Shown: one piece after another, positions 12,076-24,800 of the stretch | Layout: the number at the start of each line of letters is the position of its first letter | Position numbering within the stretch: position 1 is the first letter of the stretch | Origin: Podarcis erhardii | Lineage: Eukaryota | Length of the DNA stretch: 64,000 nucleotides | Assembly (NCBI GenBank): GCA_964252035.1 | Contig: OZ176205.1 | Reading direction: 5' to 3' (one strand) | Program-made: the position numbers and the translations under genes | Notes under the pieces: generated by a model | The model's input: the letters and a program-made list of their open reading frames with translations, nothing else | What the model was told of the DNA's origin: nothing | The model's database searches: none

Positions 12076-13793
12076 GAATGCGATAAGCAAACATTTAAAA
12101 TAATTATTTAGTATTTGTTAAGAGCATAAAGCATTATCAAACGGCATCCGGCCTATAGAAGAATAAATGTTTTGGACTCTGATTTGGCCTCCAAATTAGA
12201 TGTAAAAGGCGGCATGGCTTCTGAAACATTAAAAGTTGTGTAGAAGATTGAATGGCATGCAAGCTGTATCTATTTATTTTATAAATTTAATAAACAAATT
12301 TTACTTAATTAACAATATTTTATTTGATAATAATATTTTTATTTAATAATTATAACTATTTTGTTTAATTAATAAATAAATTTTAAAAAGCTGTACCTGA
12401 TGAAATTCTCAGTTATGCAACTATTAGAAGTGCAGGAAACTTGTCTTCCTTATAACTTAAGCTTCATAGAAGCCCAATGCGGTGTTTCACAGCTCCCGAT
12501 CTCAATTAATGCAAATAATTATGACATGTGAGTCTTTCTCCATTCATGTCTGGAAAAGCTTCTTTTCCAAGGAGAAATTCCTTAAGGAAAGATGGTGAGC
12601 TTTTTTTACAAAAAAACCCCCCAAACACCTCATCTGGCCCACTGAAACTTGTCTTTGCTAACACTATTAGTCCTAGAATTAAATCTATTACTCAATGGAG
12701 GAATCAATATAGCTAGCTTTAGACCCCTCCACCCTTTTCCAGCCAACTGTTGGGCGTGTGAGTTGCGCCGGATGGAAACTGAGCATTAACATTTATGGTT
12801 CAGTGACATCCAGTGTTTTCTGGTGTTAAGTGCTCATGTAAAATGCATAAAGCTTAACACTGGGGTAAAAGGTGCTTTCTACAGGAGGTTGTGGTCAACT
12901 ACCAGCATTTCACAGCCTAGCCAGTGCTGTCCACCTAATGAAGACTAATGTGGAATAGCTCCTGTCTCGTCCGCACAGTGTATTAAAGGGCTGACTACTC
13001 CGTTTACTTAAGCAAACAGGGAACTGTTACAAAGCCCTGAGGACCAATTATAAAAAAAAAACCCTCTCCAGCATTAGATGAAGTGTTAACCACAGTGTCC
13101 GGGACAAATTCCAACTCGAGTAATGACATTCTATCTAAACTCTTTCTGCCTTCTTTTACCCTTTCGAAGGAATCAGGCTTGTGGTTAAAAACACCAAACA
13201 GTTGTGAAAAGAAATCTGGGATCTATTCCTAACATGGCCGCTCGCTTATTTGACCTTGTAGACAAGTCACAAGCCATGTCTGTTGGAGGCAGTTCTCGCA
13301 AAATGAAAATATGAAGTGAAATGGTGTGTGATTTCCAGTACTGCACAGTGTTTACATGATTTTCCCCAACTTATCCTCAGGTATCAATTGTATCACCCTC
13401 CATTTTGTGCTTTCCCAGAGTACTTTGGGGGACACTGTGGGGGGGGGGGTAGTGTCTTCTTCTTCAAGCTGGGTTAAAACAAGAAGACACTTCATTCTCT
13501 GTGCTGCATGGTGGTGATGGTTGTTGTTGTTGTTAAAATTTGTATGCTGCCCTAAACCCGCAGGTCTCGGGCGCTTTACAAGGTAATAAGTGGGCAAACA
13601 GGGATTTGAACCCACATCTCCACAGTTTGACACAATGGGTGGAAATCAACATCACGCTATTATGATCAGCATAAGTATATCTGAATGAGCATTACGGAGC
13701 TCCATGGTGCAGCCTCCAGACTCAAGTAATGCTGAGCAGGACTCAGCAAAAGTGCACACCAATTACCAATTCTATTATCAACTCTCTCAGGAT

Positions 13794-14234
13794 AATGACA
13801 AGAATCCACCAACAGCATATGAATCAATATGGCTAACCTGATTCAAACACACACACACACCCCACTCACACACGAAAACAAAGTTCAACACAGCCAATCA
13901 CAAACAAGCAACCGCACCCTAGGCCAACCACAATTTCTCTCACCACCAAAGGAACTCAAGCGAATAGCAAAGAGAACCTGCACAAACAACGCTGACACAA
14001 AAACCCACACGTACATTAAGCAAAATAGAAATATTGCCTTCCGACCCCACCCACCATGGCCCCCTCTACCTCTTCTCCCCTTTTTTCTTCTTAATGTAAC
14101 CCTAATGTCTCAACAAATGAAACTGACCTATGGAAAATGTAATTTGAAAAAAGAGACATGGTGCATACCTTTGTAAACCAAGAAAACTTTAATAAAATAT
14201 ATATTTTTTAAAAAAACTAAAAACTAAAAAACAA
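13794..14234 (+). mobile_element. 5'-truncated L1-type insertion
   Basis: 14-bp TSD AACTCTCTCAGGAT at 13780-93 and 14235-48; AATAAA at 14191-96 and an A-rich tail. Confidence 0.75.
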
Positions 14235-14344
14235 AACTCTCTCAGGATGTTGCTGGCCACTCTCTGGGCTTCCATGCATAATGCCAACGGTTACAATCAT
14301 GGTGAATACAGTATAGCTTTATTGCATCCCCACAGTGCTTGGCA

Positions 14345-14796
14345 CTGGAATGTGTCCAGAGGAGGGCAACCAAAATGGTCAAAGGCCAGGAAACGATGCC
14401 TTATGAGGAATGGCTAAGGGAGCTGGGCATGTTTAGCCTGGAGAAGAGGAGGTTAAGGGGTGATATGATAGCCATGTTCAAATATATAAAAGGATGTCAC
14501 ATAGAGGAGGGAGAAAGGTTGTTTTCTGCTGCTCCAGAGAAGCGGACACGGAGCAATGGCTCCAAACTACAAGAAAGAAGATTCCACCTAAACATTAGGA
14601 AGAACTTCCTGACAGTAAGAGCTGTTCGACAGTGGAATTTGCTGCCAAGGAGTGTGGTGGAGTCTCCTTCTTTGGAGGTCTTTAAGCAGAGGCTTGACAA
14701 CCATATGTCAGGAGTGCTCTGATGGTGTTTCCTGCTTGGCAGGGGGTTGGACTCGATCGCCCTAGTGGTCTCTTCCAACTCTATGATTCTATGATT
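14345..14796 (+). mobile_element. CR1 LINE 3' end (young)
   Basis: Uninterrupted ORF2 C-terminus LECVQRRATKMVKG...LEKRRLRGDMI...SPSLEVFKQRLD with its stop, then an (ATTCTATG)n tail. Confidence 0.93.
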
Positions 14797-17572
14797 TGCT
14801 GTAATGGCCAGTGGATTACTTCAGAACAAACCGAATTCAGAAATCCATCTGTATTTGCTGCATTGTGCTTTATGAGGCATTGTCTGTACACTGTGCTGCA
14901 AGCCGCTTGTGTACTGAAATGAGCCGATACCCACTCAGCACATGTCAAATGCTGCACAACACTGCTCAACTCAGTACAGGTTTGTTTTTGTGAATGGGAA
15001 CCTCATTTTATACTTGGAAACACTTGCATGTAAGCTAGAAGTTGTTTCTTGCCATAATATTGTGGTGTCCAGCAGCACCAACTTGTGCTTCTTCCTGATG
15101 TGTGACTGTAGCATGAACGTGCATAGATGGCAGAATGTGTTCAAAAGGGTGGCAGGTACTGTATGTAGTTGCTTAGAGCACATTAGTTAGTTCGGAGTCC
15201 TATTCCTCCCCCTTATTGACACCGTTAACCAAGGAATAATACAGCAATTGTGGTTGTGATTTTTAATTGCAGTTAAGTTCAATTGCCTTACTTTTAAGCA
15301 ATCAGTTTTGACTGACTGAAGCATTACAGTCATTCGATGCCATTTTATAGCATTCCATTTTTGCCCCTGCATTCTTCTGAGGAAATTGGGCATGCAGCAA
15401 TGGGATCCCTTGCCCTAGCCTCTCTCAGTGAAGGACTCAATTCTATTTGCCTGGTTTTTCTTCATTCCTTTCTGGCTTGTTTCGCAGCCCCCCCCCCCTT
15501 TTGCCATTTGCCGTGCACACAATGGACACAATGGCTTTGCTTAGCCAGGAGGGGGGGCAGAAGGACTGCAAAGAGGCGCCAGCTGTGACCTGAGCCCAGG
15601 AGACATCGTATTTCAGCCTTGTGACACATTTCACCCTCTCGTGACCTGGTGCCTGCGCTGCACAAGCTGTGTCTGAAATGGCAGAATTGTCATTTGTCAG
15701 TCAGATGGAGATGGAGGGGGAGGGAAGGAAAGGAAAGGAAAAGGGGGGGTTCACGCAGAGGAACTACCGGGGCACCATTGCAAGGAAGGTGTCTACTTCA
15801 GCCTCTACACCTTGGTGGAATAAAGAAGAATGAAAATGGGGAGGGCAGAAAGGGAATTTTGAAAGTCTGTTCATATGTTTTAGCAACCCCTAACTCAGCT
15901 TCTCTCCTCCCTCAGCCCCCCAAACAGACATTTGTTTTTTATAAAAGTATGTCATCTGGCATCATCCTTACAATTGTCTGGGAGATATCTAAAAGCTTAG
16001 AATCATCCGATGCACTGAGCATGCTGTTTTTGATTAATATATGGAAGCTACTAACTAAAAGTGTACAAGTCCCACTGATGCGGTTATCACTTGTTAAGGG
16101 TATTAGAGCCTCCTGATTTCTGGCCTTATCTATATATTGCCTCTGGCTTCTCTTTTTTTCAGATCACCTGTGGAGGGGCTGAGTGCTTGGCTGTGAATCC
16201 GAATCACAGTCGGTTTTCCCAACTGACTATTCTCCCCCTCCCTAAGCCTTCTTTTGGCTTTTCTTCAGGCCAGATCCCACCTGTGATCCACTTGTAGCTT
16301 TCTCAACTACCTCTCTCTCCAGACAGAGTGACCCCAGCAATCCTCATCATTCTTTATCAGAGAATCACATCCCACTTCTTAAACTCCTCACCATTGCTTT
16401 GACCTCTTTGCCCAGAAGGGTTTTAGGGTCTTTAATTGCTGCATGGAAAGCACAAATTCAACAAGTGATGCTTTTCCAAACACACAAATATACCCGCTAA
16501 ATGCCTGCTAGTCATGCAGCCATAAAAAACACAGAGCTCTGCAAGAATATAAAGGTTACTATGAAATCTAAGCATATGTTCCCCTACCTTCACTTCTTAG
16601 CAACCAAGTAGAAGTGCTGATATATTCTCCTTAAGACATGACATGGACAGCTTATCACTCCAGTTTTCAAGTGAGCATATCTTAGGTGAGCATATCTTCC
16701 ATCTACCTGAAAAACATGGCCTGATCCACATAGAAGGTACAGTGTGTGTGGGTTTCTGCATGGAACAGGAAGCATGTGTAGGCTTCTGCAACTAGATGAG
16801 CTCACTATTCCTCTATCTAGGAGGGTCAACAAATTCAAATTAAATTGTATTTCCTGCTGTAGAGGAACGGCAGGACTGCGCATTGTGAGAAGGAGTACCA
16901 GTATAGTGGGGGCAATGGCCTTTCAGATAGACCCCCGCCAGCTGCCATTGTATGTACACACAGCGTGTCTTTCATCGAAATAGGTTTAATTCCAGTTAAG
17001 GACCTGTCATAGACCTGCCATAGCCAGTGCAAGACAAGCCTGTCAAACAAAGCAGGGTTGTTACCCATCCCTGCCTTTTGGAGTGCTTCCAGGTGTGCTT
17101 TTAAAAAAAATCGATTGAGCATTCATTTGTTTGCTGGGAGGTTAGATGACATTGCATCAAAGCAGGTATTCTCTCTTAGGTTCCATTGCATTTTTGCATC
17201 ATGTTCCTTATTGAAAAACGTCTATTTTCTGGGGCGAAGTGGATTTGTTGCACAAGACCTTCTAGTTAAGGACTGTGAGCAACATCATGGGAGGAACGTT
17301 TCCAGATACCCCAGCCTTTAGAAACCTTAGAAGCTGCTGCAGGAGGAACTGCATGGGAGAAGCATTTCTAGGACCAAGGTGAAACTCTCAAGCTCCCTGG
17401 TTATTTCTAATGTTGTTGATGTAATGTTGTTATATACAGCACAGAGAAGTTGGTTTCTTTGTATTCTATATTTGCTGTTATGTTGTCATTTTACTATTAC
17501 TGACCTGCGGTGGTTGATCTTGAGATGTTTTGCTGTTTGTTATAAGCTGCTTCAACCATGATTTTTTTCTGG

Positions 17573-17960
17573 AGAAGTATCACAGAACTGTAGAGTTGGA
17601 AGGGACTCTGAGAATCATCTAGTTCAACCTCCTGCAATGCAGGAATCTCAATTAAAGACAACATGGAAGACGACCATCCAACCTCTGCTTTAAAACCTGG
17701 AAGGAAGGAGAGTCCACCACCTCCCTAGGGATTCCGCTCCACTGTCAAACAGCTTTTACTGTCAGAAATTTATTCCTGATGTTCAGTCGGAATGTCCTTT
17801 CTTGTAACTTGAATTCATTGGTTCAGCTTCTAGCCTCTGGAGTGGGAGAAAACAAGCTTGCTTCATCTTCCATGTGACAGCCCTTTAGATATTTGAAGAT
17901 GGCTATCATATCTCCTCTCAGTATCCTCTTTACCAGGCTAAAAACATACCCAAGTCCCTC
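17573..17960 (-). mobile_element. CR1 LINE 3' fragment
   Basis: Reverse complement of the CR1 3' end (tagagttggaaggg...; gatatttgaagatggctatcatatc). Confidence 0.88.
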
Positions 17961-19104
17961 AGTGAGTCAACTACCAATGTGTCACCTGTATTTGCCTGTA
18001 CTTGATTGAATTCCACCCCAAAATAGTGAGAGTCTGGAAGAACCTCTAGTTACAGATTTCTGATTCACCTGCACAGGAGAGCTCAAGCAGGGAGTGTTTA
18101 CCAGCAGAATTTGCTCATGTCACTTATGAACCAGTAAAATGTGTCATTCTCATCACAACCTTGAGTGATGAAATAAGACACATTTTAAGAAGTTTGCCCA
18201 TCCACAGTATAAGCTAATTGTCAATGTTGTCATTGGCAGCAAAGACAGAGATGACACTGCTGACACAGTGGTGATAAGCCAGTGTCTCTGGGGTCCCTGT
18301 TCAGACAAATCCACTTCCTTAACAGTATGGAAATCAAATACTCATTTTTGTTGTTTCGGTGCATGCCATATACTTTTTGACTGACTGCTGAAAAAATTAT
18401 ACCTTTCATATCTTTCCTGTATGACTAAAAAAAGAAGAAGAAGCTTTTTAGGCATGTTTGACTAACTTATTAATAGTCCCATTCAGTTAAAAACATAATG
18501 GAAATGACACATCTAATTCTATGAATTTAAAGCTAAACACAATCTTGTGTGTCAAAGAACTCAAGTCAGTATCGTTTCTTTGACAGCGAAATCTGAAGCA
18601 TGTTTACTCAGAAGTCAATCTAAATTCAGTGGGACTTACTCTCCAGCAGATGTATTTAGAATGGCAGTCTGAGTCATTCAAGAATAACTACTGCTATCTC
18701 ACATATTATGTAGTGCAAAAACACAACATTTGATGGACAAGTTTCTATTTCTTACAACAAAATCCTATAGTGTACCTAAATGCTTACCACTGCTTGTGCC
18801 AACACAAGCTAATTACTATCTACCCATAACTATTATTAAATCAACACAGAAGCAAAGCTAGAAGAATTATATGACATTCCCACAACAGAGTCCCAAACAA
18901 CTGCTTAATGCCTCCATGAAGCATAACATTATACTGTACCAAAAAAATACCTCCAGTGCTTAAGCAAGGAAAGAACTGACAAGGATGGCTCTGAGATTGT
19001 ATCTCCTGTCTCCTAAAACTTTAGCAAGCAGCAACCACAGGGGATAGGGGATTTCAGTGATAATGACAATGTTCTTTTCCCTGTTGAATGTAGATGCATA
19101 CATG

Positions 19105-19734
19105 TCATAGAATAATAGAATTGTAGAGTTGGAAGGGATCCTGAGGGTCATCTAGTCCAACCCCTTGCAAAGCAGGAATCTCAACCAAAGCATCCATGGC
19201 AGGTGGCCACCCAACCTCTGCTTAAAAACCTCCAAGGAAGGAGAGTCCTCAGCCTCCCAAGGGAGTCCATTCCAATGTCTAACAGCTCTTCCTGTCAGAA
19301 AGTTTTTCCAGATGTTTAGTCGGAATCTCCCTTCTTGTAACTTGAAACCACTGGTTCGAGTCCTACCCTGTGGAGCAGGAGAAGACAACCTTGCACCACC
19401 TTCCATATGACAGCCCTTCAGATATTTGATAATGATTTTTATTAGTCTTCCATTACAACAATCCAATCCAATAACAACCTCATTATAACAATGCCAAATT
19501 ATAATACAATTAATAATACCAATCATTGAGATGCCAAATTATACAATTTAGGTGGCCCCCGCATGCTAGAATTAATGGTTTGATGCTTTCCTCTGTTTAA
19601 ATATTTCAATCCTGGTCCAGATACCAAGCCCTTCAGATATTTGAAGATGGCTATCCTATCTCCTCCCAGCCTCCTCTTTTCCAGGCTAAACATACCCAGC
19701 TCCTTCTAGTGTTCCTTGTAAGGCTTGGTTTCCA
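19105..19734 (-). mobile_element. CR1 LINE 3' fragment interrupted by a 197-bp insertion
   Basis: ORF 19152-19526 contains [13 protein letters not shown]...SPSLEVFKQRL. CR1 sequence resumes after 19626. Confidence 0.9.
19430..19626 (-). mobile_element. Short AT-rich retro-insertion resembling an L1 3' end
   Basis: Flanked by the 18-bp direct repeat AGCCCTTCAGATATTTGA at 19412-29 and 19627-44; AATAAA on the minus strand at 19443-19438. Confidence 0.65.
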
Positions 19735-21621
19735 TGTAAAGCATTTATCCCTGTATGTGTTATCCTACATGTTTACTGAATGTGTGGAGAGGGAAATAGG
19801 CCCATTTCCTCAGGCCACACCCTGACCTATGTGCATTTAAATGAACACATAGAAAGGGCTGCTATGTAGGGCCCCTGAAGGTGCAAGGGCTTAGGCTAGG
19901 GTATGCAGCCAGAAAGCTTTGTCCTGTTCCCGCCTCATACATCCACTGAACACCCGAGTAGGGATTTAGTTAACAGGCTACAACCATTAAGTGACTGTTT
20001 TGCACTAGCGCAAGGACAGTAAGATACAATCCTGTCCTGTTCAAGCAGTCTTGCCAGAGGATAAAGTCAGGTTGTATGATTCAAGTTATCCATGTGAACA
20101 GAGAAATAAAGAGGAGCAATTGATTATCTTGATTCTTATCATATTATTCCCCAAAGATTCAGGACTGTCTATTTGGAAAGAATCAAGGTGACATAGCTAA
20201 AGCGTTATATTTTTCTATATACAGTGGGACCTCTCCCTATTCTCCCACCTTCAGATACTACTAATTCAGTTTTGAGTTCACCCATCTCTCTTGTGACTCC
20301 ACATCAGTGTAACCTTATGGAAATGATATCCTCTTTTATCTGCTGTCTGATTACTCAAATGTTTTCTGTGCTCCTGAGGCTATTTAGATAAATTGAATTG
20401 CACAGTATATGAAGACATTTTTACATATTATGGAAGCATTTTAAATGCCACAAGAAATGATGGTAGTAGTGTGCTATATTTCTGAGCACTGCGTAGATTG
20501 GTCATGATTTTTAACATGAACAGCTTTCAGTAGCTTATTTGACTGTAAATTCTTTACAGGCTAAAACGTAGCCACAAATACATACATTATGTACACATAT
20601 GAACATAAATCTGCATGGTACTGAGGCAGACCATTGTTCCTCCTTTTAAGAGAAGATGCCAGAGACTGGTGATGGGAACTTGTGTATGCAGAGCATGTAG
20701 CTACCACCAAGCTATGACCCCTCCCTACGCTGGAAGCAAAGCTTTGTAGATGTATTCATTTTTCAGTTCTGTGCTGAGAAAAGTAGAACATCATGGGGTA
20801 TTTCCCCCTCAAAGAGGCTTCTATGACTAACAACAGAAACCCAATGCAATTTTCCATTATGTGTATTAATTAGATCAGGCTAAGGTTTCCGGTTTCCTCG
20901 GTCTACAGATCAATATCCTCCCAGCTCTGAAATAGATCAAATTTAGGCCTTTTGTTATAAAGTGAAGTTGAAGCTCTCTTTTTTTGGTTCCTTATTGTAC
21001 TGAAGATTCTGCCCTCTGAACTTGAATGGTGGGCAGTGGAGTCTGGCCACAGTTCAGCAAAACTTAGTCATGACTAAATTCCATGTTATCGCTCTCAATG
21101 GGGCTTAAATATGACAAGTCTCTTGCTGGACTGTGCCTAGGGCACCAGCTTCAGTGTATTGGTTCATATCCAGCCCATCACTGCTTCTAAGTGTGAGTCC
21201 TGAGGTGCTCTCCTGATTCAGATGGAACAAAGATAGAGCTGGGCATCACCTGCATACTGATAACATCTCTCTCCAAATCTCCTGATGACAGCTCTCAGCA
21301 GCTTCAAACTGATGTTAAATGCCATGGGGGACAAGATGGAGCTCTGTGGGATGCCACAGGACAATTCCCATGGTGCTGAGCAATAGCTTCCCCATAATTA
21401 CTTTCTGGAAACAGTCAAGAATAACTGGCTGCAAGTGGAACCAGGCTTTTATCACTAGCTGTGGTATCTGCTCATTCATGGGATTGTTTAGCCAACTCTT
21501 AGGACACAGAAGGCATACATTTGGATGGATTGGCACAGCTAAACATTTTTTTAAAATCCAATCTGACCAAAGGCAGATTAAGATTATTCGTAGCAAAGAT
21601 ACCTTGTTTGTTTAAAGTCCG

Positions 21622-21825
21622 TTAAAATATAAAATAAGAATCTTCTTTAAGACCAATGGCTTTCAAAGATCTCTCCATCTCTTCACTAAATGTCACAGAG
21701 CCGCATATCAATATGTAAGGTTGTCTTCTGCATGTGTTCACTATACTCTTAATCACTTCCTTGTTTATTCGACCAAGGTGCGTGTTTTTTTGAAAGCTCC
21801 AAGGCAGATTTTTGAGTGAATGTTC
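21622..21825 (-). CDS. CYB5RL: CYB5RL last coding exon
   Basis: gcctcttcag|GAA CAT; EHSLKNLPWSFQKNTHLGRI...CGSVTF...EDSYFIF*; TAA at 21624-21622. Confidence 0.94.
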   Translation of the reverse strand, partial: EHSLKNLPWSFQKNTHLGRINKEVIKSIVNTCRRQPYILICGSVTFSEEMERSLKAIGLKEDSYFIF

Positions 21826-24800
21826 CTGAAGAGGCAAAAGTATAAGACACTTTAAAATCATCTCAGAGAAACATACGGCCAATACTAAATTAGCCTTGAG
21901 CTATATTAATCCTGTTTTTCTCTCCTGGATGGAAGGAGAAGAGGTGGGATGTAGAGACCACTGGCTTTTGTCTGGCCGGGATGTAGCCTTCTGTACAAAG
22001 ATAAGAGTCACATCCATTGTTCTGGCTGCTTTCGCTTCCGGATCCACTCAGCCCTGGCATGTGGCCCCTGGAACACTGTATATGAGGGGGTGCGGCTCTT
22101 GGGCTGCAAAAGGCTCTACATACAAACATGGGCTTTACTACCTAGCTATTAGGGTCCTTTTCCCAGCTAGGAAGGCTAGACATGACAAGGTTTTCAGTGC
22201 AGGACTGAACCACTTGCAATACATATAGGATGAAGGTTCATGCATCAAACGAGGGGAAGGTTGTCACACTGTCCCATGGGAAGGAAAAATTGCCTATTAG
22301 AATATTACCTGGCTTAATACATAAAATGCCCTTATGTTCCAGAATCGAGATTGCTCTTGAAGAAGAGGCTTCATGTAGATATTTTCAAAGTTCCTGAAGC
22401 AGCCCACTAAAGTTACAAATGTTTCATCATCCTCATTCTCTGTTATGTACTGAAGAATAGGAAGCATTGGTGCTAGACCAGTACCAGAAGCAAGCATGAG
22501 AAGTTCTCCATACTGAAAATGAAGCAGAAGATGCCAAATACATCTGAGTCACTGGAAATGGAAAAACACTACAACAGAAACTGAATTTCAACGCCAATTC
22601 ATCATTTCATCCTATAAAAAAAGTGTGAACACTGCATAACTCGGGGATTATCTTTTCTCCTTTGGCAATCGTGTCCACTGTGATCAACTGAGAAAGCTTT
22701 ACTTGGCAATAATGAACTTTTTGAATAGACATGAGCTTGTTCCAGAAAGTGCATGTCATGCTAAATCATGGTCAGTATTGAAATTCAGATGACAAGGAAG
22801 CTTCAAGAGGGAATGAAACAAACATGGTAGGAGGACAGTGCTCAGAAAGGACTCAGACTTCACCGTTTATCTTTTCTGTCTCTTGTGGTTTGCAATATTA
22901 ACAGGACAATTCTAAGTATGTTGACTTGGGATGGAATTCTATTTCGTTCAATGGGGAGTGCGTCCTATTTAGGATTACAGCCTTAATTATCAAATATAAA
23001 ATAAAATTATACTAAATCTGACTCGACTTCTATTCTTGATCATCTGCTATATTTTCTCCTCTTGTTCTTTTTAAAAGAAATTGCATCCTACACAGATCCA
23101 TGTCAAAGCTCTGAAGCACTGTGGTGAAAATCTGAAGAACCCTACCGGTTTTCCCCTCATTTCCTGAAACCAAAAATAGGAACCCAACTATTTGATATTT
23201 GACTACTTGTAATAATGGCCCTACATCTGATTGTATCTCATTGGTATTGTATTGTCCATTTTATTTTATATTACATTTTTAGATATTATGCTGTTAACTC
23301 CCCTGTGATTGCTATGTAGTGAAGGGGTTGAGAGGGGGGTTGTGTGTGTGTAAGTATATATATGGCTTTACTTGATTGGCTGAATAAGGAAAACCTCCAA
23401 ATGGTCCTCTCCAACAAACCGAATCTCCTTCTTTCCAGGATTTTACATATTGTGACATGAGTCCATCTTCATAGCACTTGTAAAGAAAACACAAAACAAA
23501 CAAACAAACAAAAACATTTTTGAGAGGAAAACCTCACATTTATATTCTACAAATAAAATTTCATAAACTAGAACAGAAAAAATATTTTTAAAATCGCTTA
23601 AAATATATATTAAAGGTCTAGCACAAAGAGATTTAAATTAATCTGGGACATGAGTTATGAATCTAGCATTATTATTTGTTAATTTGCTCAAGTGTATGCA
23701 AAATAAAGATTGTCTATTGCTTGTATTGTGATTGTGCTGACTAAGCTGGGTGGCAGATAAAACCACTCAGGTATTTTAAAACCTGCTCTGACTGCAAATA
23801 GCCTTTGCACCCAATACTAACAGATACACAAAATAGCACCTAACACATGCAATCATTTATTCATTGTGGAACTCTGTGCATTTATAGGAAAAAGGGAGCT
23901 TTCTGAGTAGTGAAATTCAAGTGCACAATGCCTCTTCGGTCATTTGTTCCAGGACTTGTATATTCTGCCTTTTTAATGCTTCCTTCATCTATCAGTTTGG
24001 AGTGAAAGTAGTTCAAGCTAACACAACGTATCACACAAAAATCTGATCACAGCACCATATTTTCTCTTCAATAATGAATGTAAAAAGCATCTGCATCTAC
24101 AATAATGAATGTAAAAAGCATCTGCATCTAGGAAAGAACAGAGTTGGCTCAGTCAGTAGAGCATGAGACTCTTAATCTCAGGGTCAGGGGTTCAAGCCCC
24201 ACACTGGACAAAAGATTCTTGCGTTGAAGGGGGTTGGACTAGATGACCCTTGTTGTCCCTTCCAGCTCTACAATTCTGTGATTCTAAGAAGAGAGATAGC
24301 TATGCTTAAGGTGGCCAGCTTTACACAATCTCTGCTCCTATGCCTCTGGCATAGAAAAAAAATTCCCAGAGGGAGAGTCTATTGCAGCAAAAGCAACACA
24401 GTGTGTTGCAGCACCTTAAAGACTTAAGAATTTATTATGGCATAAGATTTCATGGACTAAAGTCAACTTCACCCACTGCAGTGGGCACTAGTCCATGAAA
24501 GCTTATGCCACAATATATGCGTTAGCCTTCAAGGCATAGCTGCCAATGTGTCCCTTTTTTAAAGGGAAATTCCCTTATTCTGAATAGGATTCCTCACAAG
24601 TAAAGGGAAAAGTTGACAGCTACGCTTCAAGCTGCTACAGGTGGTCTTTGCTGGTTTTACAATTGCCATTTAGCAGATGGAGCTTTTCTTATCATGTATC
24701 TTCATCTCAGGAGACATTGCTGATAAATGTCTGCATGCCAGGCTGCTGTTAAAACTTTAGGAGCCGTGGCAGGGTGGAGTTGCTGGTAGCCGTATGACCT

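Noticed and set aside
14339-14722. 127-aa ORF as a host gene
   Set aside because: It is the CR1 ORF2 C-terminus. The same applies to ORFs 19152-19526 and 48853-49116.
15517-15534. Tandem SOX-like ACACAATGG sites
   Set aside because: Two short motifs are expected by chance in 64 kb, and there is no independent support.
24141-24212. tRNA-Lys(CTT) gene
   Set aside because: The acceptor stem is not complementary and the sequence continues into a CR1 tail, so it is a SINE head.
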